A DNA stretch of 64,000 nucleotides from Thermoflexales bacterium. Its GTDB lineage: Bacteria > Chloroflexota > Anaerolineae > J036 > Brachytrichaceae. Where the stretch lies: contig JBKBID010000003.1 of assembly GCA_046299515.1 (NCBI GenBank), forward strand, positions 42,345 through 106,344, written 5' to 3'. This document shows positions 20,313 to 29,334 of the stretch, one piece after another. Below the pieces are notes generated by a model, which ran no database searches, had not been told where the DNA came from, and was given only the letters and a program-made list of their open reading frames with translations. The number at the start of each line of letters is the position of its first letter. The stretch's first letter is position 1. Made by a program: the position numbers and the translations under genes.

Positions 20313-21473
20313 TCACATCGCCGGGTTGCCGAAGGTGGCCAACCCTATGCCGATCATGCCGAAGAACAGCGCGATCACGAAGAAGCGTTGCACGATCTGC
20401 GGCTCGCTCCAGCCGATCAATTCAAAGTGATGGTGCAGCGGCGCCATTCTGAAGAAGCGCTTACCCTCGCCGAACCGGCGTCGGGTGTATTTGAAATACG
20501 CGGTCTGAATGATGACGCTCAGCACCTCGGCTACCGGGATGATGGCGATGATCGGCAGCAGCAGCCACTGGCCGGTCATCAATGCGACTACCCCCAGCGT
20601 CGCTCCGAGCGCCTCGCTGCCCAGGTCGCCCATGATCATCTGCGCCGGATGAACGTTGAACCATAAAAAGCCGAGCATTGCGCCCACCAGCACCATGCAC
20701 AACATCGTCAAGAACACCTGGCCCTGCATGTAGGCGATCACGCCATAGGCCACGAAGGCCACGCCGCTGATCAAGGTCGCCAGCCCGTCCAGGCCATCGG
20801 TGAAGTTCACCGCGTTGGCGCTGCCGTGGATGACGAAGACGGCAAACGGTATCCAAAACACGCCCAGGTCTATCGGGTCAGGGATGCCGGGGACGGCCAT
20901 CTTGCTGATGCCGAACAGCGGCCGGTCGGGGATGAGCGTGATGCCGGTTGCGGCGAGCGTGAACGACGGAGCCAGGTTCATCACCACGGCCGCTGCCAGC
21001 GCGATAAGCAACTGGAACAGCGCCTTGCTGCGCCCGCGCATCCCCTCGCCGCGCCGGACGCCGCGCACGCCCATGTAATCGTCAATAGCGCCCAGGATGG
21101 CGAAGCTCAGCATGACGAACATGGGGATGGCCAGCGAGCGGCCGACCAGCACCACGCCGGCGAAGTTCGGATTGACGCGCACGGCGATGCGCGAATACAG
21201 ATACATGGCCAGGATCAGCGCCAACGTCACGCCGACGAACAGGACGCCGCCCATCGTAGGCGTGCCCATCTTCACGTAGTGGCTGGCCGGGCCTTCGATG
21301 CGGATCTGCTTGCCGATGCGCAGATACTTGAGCATTCGAATCAACGGTCGCCCAAACAGAACGGCGATCATGAAGGCGACGCCGCCCATCAGCAAACAAA
21401 CACCCATTTCGGGTGGCGAAGGGGTATGCATAGTATCGAATGTTCGATGCCGCATGCGCTGTCGCATCGGCAT
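20313..21473 (-). CDS. mraY: Phospho-MurNAc-pentapeptide transferase
   Basis: KMGTPTMGG, GAIDDY, NAVNFTDGLDGL, MGDLGS, MAPLHHHFEL; start after GAGGAGG SD (exact start uncertain). Confidence 0.96.
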   Translation of the reverse strand: MPMRQRMRHRTFDTMHTPSPPEMGVCLLMGGVAFMIAVLFGRPLIRMLKYLRIGKQIRIEGPASHYVKMGTPTMGGVLFVGVTLALILAMYLYSRIAVRVNPNFAGVVLVGRSLAIPMFVMLSFAILGAIDDYMGVRGVRRGEGMRGRSKALFQLLIALAAAVVMNLAPSFTLAATGITLIPDRPLFGISKMAVPGIPDPIDLGVFWIPFAVFVIHGSANAVNFTDGLDGLATLISGVAFVAYGVIAYMQGQVFLTMLCMVLVGAMLGFLWFNVHPAQMIMGDLGSEALGATLGVVALMTGQWLLLPIIAIIPVAEVLSVIIQTAYFKYTRRRFGEGKRFFRMAPLHHHFELIGWSEPQIVQRFFVIALFFGMIGIGLATFGNPAM

Positions 21474-21483
21474 CCGTTCCTCC

Positions 21484-22938
21484 TCAAGCTCCATTTGCGA
21501 GTCCCCCAAGACCGGCGACGATCTCCTCCATTCGCATGCTGCGCGAGCCTTTCACCAGGATCACGCACTGCTCGCGCACGATGGCGTTCAACACCTCCAG
21601 GGCCTCGCCGTTCGTCATGACGTGAAAGACGCGCTCCGGCGGCATGCCGCACTCGACCGCCGCCCGGCACGTCCATCGCGCGCGTTCGCCCACGCCGATC
21701 ACATACTGCGCCACCAGCGCAGCCCGGCAGCCTACTTCATCGTGCGCCTGCCTTTCCATGTCGCCGAGTTCGAGCATGTCGCCCAAAACGGCAATGCGCG
21801 GGCCGTTGCCTTCGATCTCGGCGAGCAAGTTAAGGGCTGCGAGGGTGGATTCGGGGCTGGCGTTGTAGGTGTCGTCCAACACAATCGAGTTGAACGGCCC
21901 TTTGGCCGTCACCAGCCGCAACTGCGCCGGCGGCGCGCGCAGGGCTTCGACGATCTCGACCAGGTCCATGCCTTCGATCAGCCCAACCGCCGCCGCACGC
22001 AGCGCCGTTTGCACGCTATGCCGGCCGATCAACGGCAGTTTCGCCAGTTGACGCTCGCGGCCGTAGTGCAGCGTGAAAGAGATGCCGTTGAGGCCGAAGC
22101 TCTCGATGCTGCTGGCCCACACGTGCGCGCGGGGCGTCAACCCGTACGTGACCACGCGCGCGGCAGTCAAGGCAGCCATGCCGCGCACGCGCTCGTCGTC
22201 GTCGTTCAGGACGGCCACGCCGCCCAGCTCGGCGGACGGCAGCGCCGCCGGCAGCTCCGACTTGGCCTTGACGATGTTCTCGATCGCGCCCAGGCGCTCC
22301 AGATGCACCGGCGCGACGATCGTGACCACGCCGACCTGTGGCCTGGCCCACCGGCAGTAGGCGGCAATCTCGCCCAGCGCATACATGCCCATCTCGATCA
22401 CGGCGCGTTCGTGCTCCGGTCGCAGTTTGAGCAGGGTGAGCGGCACGCCGATCTCGTTGTTGTAGTTGCCCTCGCTCTTGAGCGTGCAGTAGCGCGCGCT
22501 CAGCACTTGGGCGATCAGCTCCTTCGTCGTGGTCTTGCCGATGCTTCCGGTGACGCCGATCACGCGCAGGTTGAACTTCGCCCGCCAGTAGGCCGACAGG
22601 CGCTGCAGAGCAGTCAGCGTGTCATCCACGCGGATGAGCACAGGCAACGTCAAATCAGGGGTCTCCGCGACGGCCGGATGCCGAGCATCCAGCCGCCCAG
22701 TCGCCAGACCCTCCAAGTTGGGCACGCGATCGTGATGCACCAGCGCCGCCAGCGCCCCACGGCCGAACGCATGGCCGACGTAGTCGTGGCCGTCCCGCTG
22801 CTCGCCGGGCAACGCGACGAATAGATCGCCGCGCAGCGCCTGCCGCGAATCTATGACCACGTTCTGGATGGGATGCTGCGCCAACGCCTCGATGCGCCGG
22901 CCGCTCACCCCTTCGACTACGTCTGCGAGCGTCAACAT
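21484..22938 (-). CDS. murF: UDP-MurNAc-tripeptide-D-Ala-D-Ala ligase
   Basis: IDSR...DLFVAL.GE..DGH, TGSIGKTTTK, NYNNEIG, DDTYNASP, LGDMLELG, KGSRSMRME. Confidence 0.96.
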   Translation of the reverse strand: MLTLADVVEGVSGRRIEALAQHPIQNVVIDSRQALRGDLFVALPGEQRDGHDYVGHAFGRGALAALVHHDRVPNLEGLATGRLDARHPAVAETPDLTLPVLIRVDDTLTALQRLSAYWRAKFNLRVIGVTGSIGKTTTKELIAQVLSARYCTLKSEGNYNNEIGVPLTLLKLRPEHERAVIEMGMYALGEIAAYCRWARPQVGVVTIVAPVHLERLGAIENIVKAKSELPAALPSAELGGVAVLNDDDERVRGMAALTAARVVTYGLTPRAHVWASSIESFGLNGISFTLHYGRERQLAKLPLIGRHSVQTALRAAAVGLIEGMDLVEIVEALRAPPAQLRLVTAKGPFNSIVLDDTYNASPESTLAALNLLAEIEGNGPRIAVLGDMLELGDMERQAHDEVGCRAALVAQYVIGVGERARWTCRAAVECGMPPERVFHVMTNGEALEVLNAIVREQCVILVKGSRSMRMEEIVAGLGGLANGA

Positions 22939-22943
22939 GGATT

Positions 22944-23020
22944 CAGAAGCCAGAAGCCAGAGGCCAGAGGCCAGAAGCCAGAGGCCAGAGGCCAGAAGCC
23001 AGATGTTAGATGTCAGAATC
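22944..23020. repeat. Tandem heptamer array (CAGARGC)x8 plus 3 degenerate units
   Basis: cagaagc cagaagc cagaggc cagaggc cagaagc cagaggc cagaggc cagaagc cagatgt tagatgt cagaatc, starting 5 nt upstream of the murF ATG. Confidence 0.95.
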
Positions 23021-23083
23021 CACAACCCATAAGATTCAAGCCAATTGGTATCAATCGCGAACTCATCTTTACTCAATTCCCGA

Positions 23084-23122
23084 TTTTCAATCTCAATCCA
23101 CGGTCTTTTCAATCTCAATCCA
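23084..23122. repeat. 17-bp direct repeat TTTTCAATCTCAATCCA x2
   Basis: Copies at 23084-23100 and 23106-23122; the second overlaps the ftsI stop codon. Confidence 0.9.
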
Positions 23123-24818
23123 TAGTCGGTGGGATGCCCAGGATCTGGCAGGCGCGCTCGGCGACGTCGTGAAAGACCGGCACCGTCGTCGGCGCTGACC
23201 ACTTCGAGCTCTGCGGCTGATCGAGCTTCACTAGAATCGTGATGCGCGGATCGTCGGCGGGCAAGAAGCCCACATACGTCACGATGGTCGTCTCCTGCTT
23301 AACGCCGTTCAGATACCAATCGGCCGTGCCGGTCTTGCCGGCGACCGGATAGCCTTTGATCAACGCCTTGGGCGTGCCGCGCCGCGTTGCGTTCGTCATC
23401 ACCCGGCGCAACGTGCGCGCCGTCTGCGCCGAAATGACGCGCGCCACCGGCACAGGCTGCTTGCGGACGATCTCGCCGTTCGTCGCGCGCCACTGTTGCA
23501 CAACGTACGGCTGCATCAACACCCCGTCGTTGGCGATGACGTTGATGGCGTTGATCACCTGGTAGGGCGTGGCCATCAGGCCCTGGCCGTAACTGTTGGT
23601 CGCCAGGTCGGCGCGCGACCATTCGGGATCGGACGGCGTGCGCAGCACGCCGCTCGCCTCATTGCCCAGATCAATACCGGTGCGATGTCCGAAGCCGAAC
23701 AAGCGGAATCGCCGGTAGAACGCCTCCGCGCCCATATCCAGGGCAATCTGCGCCGTTGGCACATTCAACGAGTTCGCCAGGATGTCCTCGATATTCACCC
23801 GCCCGTAACGCCTGCGGTCGGAGTTGTAGATGCGCTTGTTGTGGATAACCAGCCGGCCGGTATCGGTGAGGATCGTCTGTGGGGTGACCTGACCCAGCTC
23901 CAACGCCGCAGCGATGGTGAGCACCTTCAAAACCGAGCCCGGCTCATATGCGTCGCTCACGGCGGGATCGCGCAGCAGCCGGGCGTCGGGCGTGCCGGCC
24001 AGTTCAATCGCGCGATTCGGGTCGTACCCCGGCCATGACGCCGAAGCCAAGACGGCACCGGTCTTAGTCTCCAACACGATAATCGTGCCGCCGCTCGCGC
24101 CTGTGTCCTGAATCGCCTGCGCCAGCCGCGCCTCAACGTAGGTCTGCAAGGTGAGATCGAGCGTAAGCACCAGGTCGGCGCCGCTGCGCGTAGGGGTGAT
24201 CACGAGCAGCTCTAGCCGACTGCGCTCTCTGCGCTGGCCGACCGGGGAGCTGAGCTGAGCATCGTAGTAGGCTTCCACGCCTGAGTAGCCCACCGGTTGC
24301 AAGCTGACGAAGCCGAGCGTCGGCCCCGCGATCGGGCCGTAAAGATACGCGCGCGCCCAGGTCTCGTCCACCAGCAGGCCGCCGCGCGCCAACGACTGCA
24401 TGGTTCGGGTCAATTGGTAGGTCGCCCGCGGCGAGAGGTTATAGGCGACAATCGTGCTGAGCGTAGGGGTGAGGGACTTGCGATCTTCGAGGATGGCCTC
24501 GATGCGCTGCTGCGCTTCCTCCACGCGCTTGCCGATGATCGGCGCGAGCGCCGTCGCAACCGTGGCCGTATCGGTGAGCGCGCGCGCGTCTACGCGGACG
24601 ATGTAGGCGCGATTGCTCACGGCGAGCGGGCTGCCGGTGCGGTCGAAGATCGCCCCGCGCGGCGCGAGCGTGATGCGCGTCTCGATCTGCTGGTCATGAG
24701 CAGCAGCGGCGTACTTCGGACTCTCGAAGACCTGCACCTGTATCGCCCGCGCAAACGCAACCGAGAGGGTCAGGCCGATGATGGCCGCCAGGATGCTCAG
24801 CCGTCGTGGAGATAACAT
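23115..24818 (-). CDS. ftsI: Class B penicillin-binding protein FtsI
   Basis: N-terminal TM, RG.IFDR, YEPGSVLK (SxxK), SLN (SxN), KTGTA. Confidence 0.95.
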   Translation of the reverse strand: MLSPRRLSILAAIIGLTLSVAFARAIQVQVFESPKYAAAAHDQQIETRITLAPRGAIFDRTGSPLAVSNRAYIVRVDARALTDTATVATALAPIIGKRVEEAQQRIEAILEDRKSLTPTLSTIVAYNLSPRATYQLTRTMQSLARGGLLVDETWARAYLYGPIAGPTLGFVSLQPVGYSGVEAYYDAQLSSPVGQRRERSRLELLVITPTRSGADLVLTLDLTLQTYVEARLAQAIQDTGASGGTIIVLETKTGAVLASASWPGYDPNRAIELAGTPDARLLRDPAVSDAYEPGSVLKVLTIAAALELGQVTPQTILTDTGRLVIHNKRIYNSDRRRYGRVNIEDILANSLNVPTAQIALDMGAEAFYRRFRLFGFGHRTGIDLGNEASGVLRTPSDPEWSRADLATNSYGQGLMATPYQVINAINVIANDGVLMQPYVVQQWRATNGEIVRKQPVPVARVISAQTARTLRRVMTNATRRGTPKALIKGYPVAGKTGTADWYLNGVKQETTIVTYVGFLPADDPRITILVKLDQPQSSKWSAPTTVPVFHDVAERACQILGIPPTMD

Positions 24819-24872
24819 GTGTCTTGCCCGCCTTCGTCGCGTCGTTTGTTGAGCGCAGCGCGTGTTCGCGCC

Positions 24873-25226
24873 TCATGGTTTCGCCGAATGCGTCATCGTA
24901 ATGGCCGGCGCGCCGTCCGGCGTCGTCACCAGATATTCGATTCGCTCGGCCGGCCGGAAGCCCAGGCGCCTGGCGCGGTCTTCCATTGTCCGCGGCGAGG
25001 TCGCTTCGCCGATCTCCGTCCACGTCCGGTTGATTTCGTCGGTCAGCCGAATATGTTTCGCGTCCAGCTCGTCGAGCTGTTGGTTGAGCAGCGCCGTGCG
25101 CGTGGACGCGGTCAGCCAAACCGCCATGAGCGCGACCAGGACGGCGCCGCTCACGGTTGCCATCGCAACCGCGCATCGGTCATTCACGTAGAGCGTTCGC
25201 GCCCTGCGCCACCAAGCCTGCGCCAT
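24873..25226 (-). CDS. ftsL: FtsL-like cell division protein
   Basis: One TM helix, coiled coil, SPRTMEDRARRLGF motif; between rsmH and ftsI. Confidence 0.75.
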   Translation of the reverse strand: MAQAWWRRARTLYVNDRCAVAMATVSGAVLVALMAVWLTASTRTALLNQQLDELDAKHIRLTDEINRTWTEIGEATSPRTMEDRARRLGFRPAERIEYLVTTPDGAPAITMTHSAKP

Positions 25227-25241
25227 CTCGCCTCTCCAACC

Positions 25242-26180
25242 TCAACCGACCCACTCAGCCCGCTCGCCGGCCACCCGCTCTGCCACGCGCAGCTTGGCGC
25301 TCCGCGCGCGCGGGTTGCGCGCCACCTCGGCTTCGCTCGGCCTAATCGGCTGCTTGTTCACCGGCCGGATGCGCGCCGGCCGATCTGCGCCCTCGCCGAA
25401 GCCCGGTTGAGCGACCTCGCCGCGCCATTCGCGCCGAAAGACCTCCTTGACGATCCGATCCTCCAGCGAATGAAAGGCGATCACGGCGATGCGTCCACCC
25501 GGCCGCAATAACGCGATCAACTCCGGCAACGCCCGCGCCAACCGCCGCAGTTCATCGTTCACCGCGATGCGCAGCGCCTGAAAGACCTGCGTTGCGGGAT
25601 GGATGCGCTCCGAGCGCGTCCGCGCCACGCCGGCGACGATGTCGCGCAACTGACCGGTCGTCACGACCGGCCGGGCCTGCCAAATGGCCTCGGCGACGCG
25701 TCGCGCGTTACGCACCTCGCCGTATTCGCGCAGCACCTCGGTCAAGCTTTGTATGTCCATGTGTTCGATCAACGCCCATGCCGGCTCGCCTCGCGCGCGA
25801 TCAAATCGCATATCGAGCGGGCCATCGCGCATGAACGAGAAACCGCGTTCGGCCGCGTCGAGCTGGTCCGACGACAACCCCAGATCCACCAACACGCCAT
25901 CCAGCGGCGCGAAGCCGAGCGCCCGCGCGAGCGCCGGCGCTTCGTCCAACCACGCCTGTCGCAGCGTCAATCGGTCTGCGTATGCGCCGGACAGCCGCTC
26001 ACGCGCGCGCGCGATAGCCTCGGCGTCGGCGTCCGTCGCCAGCACGCGCCCATCCGGCGCGCTGGCGTCCAGGATGCCCTTGGTGTGTCCGCCTCCGCCC
26101 AGCGTGCAATCGAGGTAGCGCCCGCCCTTCCTCGGCTGCAACGCTCGAATGACCTCGTCGAACAACACCGGCGCATGCAT
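25242..26180 (-). CDS. rsmH: 16S rRNA m4C1402 methyltransferase
   Basis: HAPVL, DCTLGGGGHT, DLGLSS.QLD..ERGFSF..DGPLDMR, FHSLEDRIVK, NPRARSAKLR. Confidence 0.98.
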   Translation of the reverse strand: MHAPVLFDEVIRALQPRKGGRYLDCTLGGGGHTKGILDASAPDGRVLATDADAEAIARARERLSGAYADRLTLRQAWLDEAPALARALGFAPLDGVLVDLGLSSDQLDAAERGFSFMRDGPLDMRFDRARGEPAWALIEHMDIQSLTEVLREYGEVRNARRVAEAIWQARPVVTTGQLRDIVAGVARTRSERIHPATQVFQALRIAVNDELRRLARALPELIALLRPGGRIAVIAFHSLEDRIVKEVFRREWRGEVAQPGFGEGADRPARIRPVNKQPIRPSEAEVARNPRARSAKLRVAERVAGERAEWVG

Positions 26181-26227
26181 GGCCTAAACCCTGTTCCCTG
26201 CAAATGTCCCACTGCTGCAGTCCAACC

Positions 26228-26656
26228 TCAAATTCCCAGACTGGCCCACGTCTCTTTCTGAGACGCATGCGCGCGCACCTCCTCAAGCGCACGCTGCCAC
26301 TCGCGCGGATTCCAGACCTCGATGAACTTGCCGACGCCGACGACGACGGCCTCGTTCGTGATCTCGGCGTATTCGCGCAACGGCTGCGGAATGACGACGC
26401 GGTTTTGCTTGTCGGGCACGGCGTCGTGCGCGTTGCTGTAGAGCATGCGCCGCAGCGTCGCCGCCTCTCGGCCCATCACCGGCAACGCGCTCACGCGCTC
26501 GAACAAAAGTTTGAACTCGTCGAGTGGATAGATCAGCAGACACTTGTCTGTTCCGGTCGTCATCACCACCCCATCGGCCAGGCGCGCGCGGAACTTGGCC
26601 GGCAGCGTCAGGCGGCTCTTCTCGTCCAGGGAATGCGTGAATTCACCGAGAAACAT
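26228..26656 (-). CDS. mraZ: Division/cell wall cluster repressor MraZ
   Basis: MFLGEF.HSLDEKSRL.LP, DKQNRVVIP, VGVG..IEVW. Confidence 0.97.
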   Translation of the reverse strand: MFLGEFTHSLDEKSRLTLPAKFRARLADGVVMTTGTDKCLLIYPLDEFKLLFERVSALPVMGREAATLRRMLYSNAHDAVPDKQNRVVIPQPLREYAEITNEAVVVGVGKFIEVWNPREWQRALEEVRAHASQKETWASLGI

Positions 26657-26700
26657 CCAAACTCTTCCACTCTATTCCATATTAACCCACTTTTTCCCAC
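26656..26700 (-). promoter_or_regulatory. MraZ operator array: five pentamers at exact 10-bp period
   Basis: Minus strand GTGGG-aaaaa-GTGGG-ttaat-ATGGA-ataga-GTGGA-agagt-TTGGA, the last running into the ATG. Confidence 0.85.
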
Positions 26701-26710
26701 TAACGCCCCT

Positions 26711-26774
26711 ATGATACTCGCAAATGGACATATCGCAACCACTTATCCACAGGCTGGGGATAAATCGTGGACAA
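26711..26774 (-). promoter_or_regulatory. mraZ/dcw promoter with upstream DnaA boxes
   Basis: TTGCGA (26733-26738), 16 bp, TATCAT (26711-26716); perfect TTATCCACA at 26743-26751, 1-mismatch box at 26755-26763, 2-mismatch box at 26766-26774. Confidence 0.75.
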
Positions 26775-26879
26775 ATTTGGATACGCGCGGACTCGGCAGC
26801 GCTCCGGCATCGAAAAGAGAGAGGCCTCAACCAACTGGTTGAAGCCTCTCTGCGCGAAATCACACCGGCGCCGGAGCGC

Positions 26880-27728
26880 TTATAGCCCGACCATCTCCGC
26901 GCTCAAATGCCACAGCTTCTCCTGCGCTTGGGCGTCATACGACGCCTGGGAGGACGGTTTGGGCTTGCAACGGTAAAAATATTTGCCGGTGACGCCGGTC
27001 ACCTCGGGCGAGGACGCCAGGTACACGCTCGTCTGTGCGCCTTCTTCTGGGCTGATGGTGAAGCGCCCAAACAGCTTGAACAACATGCCCCACACGCCGC
27101 TGTTGTTCTTTCCGAAGTCTGTCGCCACCGCGCCGGGATGCAACGCATTCACGGTGATCGCGCTGCCTTCCAGCCGGCGCGCCAGCGCGTAGGCGTGCAT
27201 CACGTTGGCCAGCTTGGATTGGCTGTATGCGCCGAACCCACTGTAGCGCCTGCGTTCAAACTGCACGTCGTCAAAGGCGATCGCCCCCATCCGGTGCGCG
27301 TCGGACGACACGTTGATCACGCGCGCCGCAGGCGCGGCCTTCAAGGCATCCATCAGCAAGTGCGTGAGCAAAAAGCAGCTCAAATGGTTGAGCGCCCAGG
27401 TCATCTCGATGCCATCTGCGCTGACCTGCCGGGCGGTGAAGATCGCGCCGGCGTTGTTCAGCAACACATCGAGGCGTGGGTAGGCATCCAGAAAGCGTCG
27501 CGCCAATGCGCGAACCTGCGACAACGACGACAGATCCGCCGGCATCGCCTGGACCTTCGGGTTGCCCGTCTGATGCCGGATTGCCTCGACAACGTCTTCG
27601 CATTTGCGGGGGTTGCGGCTGACGACGATCACCGTCGCGCCCATTTCCGCCAACCGCTGCGCGCTCACCCGGCCGATGCCGGCGGTCGCGCCTGTTACGA
27701 TGCATATCTTGTCTTGCAGATTCAACAT
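26880..27728 (-). CDS. SDR family oxidoreductase (retinol-dehydrogenase-like)
   Basis: TGATAGIG, NNAG, NVSS, YSQSK, HPG.V.T. Confidence 0.93.
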   Translation of the reverse strand: MLNLQDKICIVTGATAGIGRVSAQRLAEMGATVIVVSRNPRKCEDVVEAIRHQTGNPKVQAMPADLSSLSQVRALARRFLDAYPRLDVLLNNAGAIFTARQVSADGIEMTWALNHLSCFLLTHLLMDALKAAPAARVINVSSDAHRMGAIAFDDVQFERRRYSGFGAYSQSKLANVMHAYALARRLEGSAITVNALHPGAVATDFGKNNSGVWGMLFKLFGRFTISPEEGAQTSVYLASSPEVTGVTGKYFYRCKPKPSSQASYDAQAQEKLWHLSAEMVGL

Positions 27729-27786
27729 ACCTGGCTCGTGTAATCCCCCCAGCGCGCCAATCAGGACGAAGCGCAGGCAGAGACAT

Positions 27787-29235
27787 TCACTCCGTCAATA
27801 AGTCTTTGAAATTCGGATTGTTGCGCAGGGCGGCGAGCTCGTTCGGGTCGGTCTCGAGCCGCAGATATTCCTGCATCATCCGCCGCGCGGCGGTCATGTC
27901 GCGTCGCTCAAGATATAGCACCATCAAGTTGTAGGCGATTTCCGGATCGCGCGGGGCGACGCTGCGCGCGCGCGTCAGCGAATCGAGCGCGCCCCCCCAA
28001 TCCCCCACCTCTTTTAAGGCCAGGGCCATCGCCTTGAGCGTCTGCGCGCTCTCCCCCTCGGCGCGCAGTCGGTTGAATAACACACCGACCCGCTGGGCCG
28101 GCGTTAACCTGTCGAGGTCCACGTCCTGCCAGTTTGCGCTGGTCGGTGGCGCGGTCGGCGTCGGCGACGCAGCAGGCGCGGCCGGAGCTTCCGGCTGCGG
28201 GGCTGCGGCTTTCGCCAGCAACGCCGCAAGGTTTTCTTTGCGCACGCGCAAATCCAGATAGTTCAACGCCGTGAAGACGACGCGAAACGGCGCAAACAGC
28301 AGCGAACCGATGAAGCTCGTGGCAGTGATAGCCGCGGCGATTGCAACGAAGCCGGGCAGCATAACGGCGTCCTGGTTGATGCCGTTCGACAGCGTCCCCT
28401 GCGAGAGCGCGAACACGCCGATCAGCGCTATAGCAATCAGCACGAGCAACAGCGCGGCCGTCACGACGAATTCGAGGATGAACAAGAGGACGTAGCGCCA
28501 AAAGATGAGCCAGCGACTGCCGCGCGCTATGGCGGCGCTGCGGCTGAGGCCCTGCACGCTGCTTGCGCCCTCGCCAACGATGGCCGGCGCGCGAAAAGTC
28601 CAATTGATTGCCAGCACGACCGAGACGACCACCGCGCCGATGATGCTCGGCGCGCAAATGGCCACAACGGCAACCGCGACGATGGGCGAAACGCCGGCGA
28701 AGAAATCCGCGCCAAAGACGGCAAACGTGGGCACTGCCAGCGCCACGCCTAGGACGCCGATCAGCGCCAGATAGACGACGACGAGAGGCAGGTTAATGCC
28801 GATTTGCGCCAGGAAGTTCGCGATCCACAATGCAGCCCAATACCGGCGCGTTTGCCCGTATGAGGCGCGCACACCCAGCGCGCGTCCCAGCACCTGCTCG
28901 ATCACATTAAAGGTCAATGCACCCTCCGCCCAAGGCCACAGGATGCCCAGCAACCAGACAAACGCCACAGCGCAGCTGGCGACGACGCTCAGTCCGGCGA
29001 TTGCCACATCTGGCGTGCCACTCAGCATGAACTGCGGGTCTTGCAGTTGTAGGCCGCCCACCGCTGTAAGGATCACCGCCGCCGCGCTCAGCAGCGCGTT
29101 CAACCCAAAGATGGGCAAAAGCACAGCCGAGGTGATCGAGACGAAGGTCAGGAAGCGCCGCCGGTAAAGCCGGAATGCAAGCGCAAAAATTTCACCGGTG
29201 GAGCGCGGGCGTAATTCGACAGAGCCTATCGCCAT
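27787..29235 (-). CDS. Multi-pass membrane protein (GDPD membrane-domain-like) with Pro-rich linker and C-terminal TPR
   Basis: LRPRSTGEIFALAFRLYRRRF N-terminal motif, about 6-7 TM, Y.DLRVRKE, then TPR-like helices; -10 hexamer TATACT 7 nt upstream of ATG. Confidence 0.7.
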   Translation of the reverse strand: MAIGSVELRPRSTGEIFALAFRLYRRRFLTFVSITSAVLLPIFGLNALLSAAAVILTAVGGLQLQDPQFMLSGTPDVAIAGLSVVASCAVAFVWLLGILWPWAEGALTFNVIEQVLGRALGVRASYGQTRRYWAALWIANFLAQIGINLPLVVVYLALIGVLGVALAVPTFAVFGADFFAGVSPIVAVAVVAICAPSIIGAVVVSVVLAINWTFRAPAIVGEGASSVQGLSRSAAIARGSRWLIFWRYVLLFILEFVVTAALLLVLIAIALIGVFALSQGTLSNGINQDAVMLPGFVAIAAAITATSFIGSLLFAPFRVVFTALNYLDLRVRKENLAALLAKAAAPQPEAPAAPAASPTPTAPPTSANWQDVDLDRLTPAQRVGVLFNRLRAEGESAQTLKAMALALKEVGDWGGALDSLTRARSVAPRDPEIAYNLMVLYLERRDMTAARRMMQEYLRLETDPNELAALRNNPNFKDLLTE

Positions 29236-29334
29236 GCGCATGAGTATAATTGCATGGTCACGGAACAAAGCAAAGGCGCAGCCCATGCCGACAGGCAGCT
29301 GCGCCTTGTTCTTAAAGTGTAGGAGACTAGAGCG

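Noticed and set aside
19131-22824. Plus-strand ORFs of 511 and 508 aa opposite murD and murF
   Set aside because: Antisense shadows; the same applies to similar ORFs opposite ftsZ, murB, dnaX, rny, pheS and the MFS gene.
22944-23122. Possible CRISPR array
   Set aside because: Units are 7 or 17 bp with no unique spacers, and there are no cas genes.
22939-23202. N-terminal MurF extension with LWLLASG repeats
   Set aside because: It is the translation of the heptamer tract; MurF similarity starts at MLTLADV (22938).
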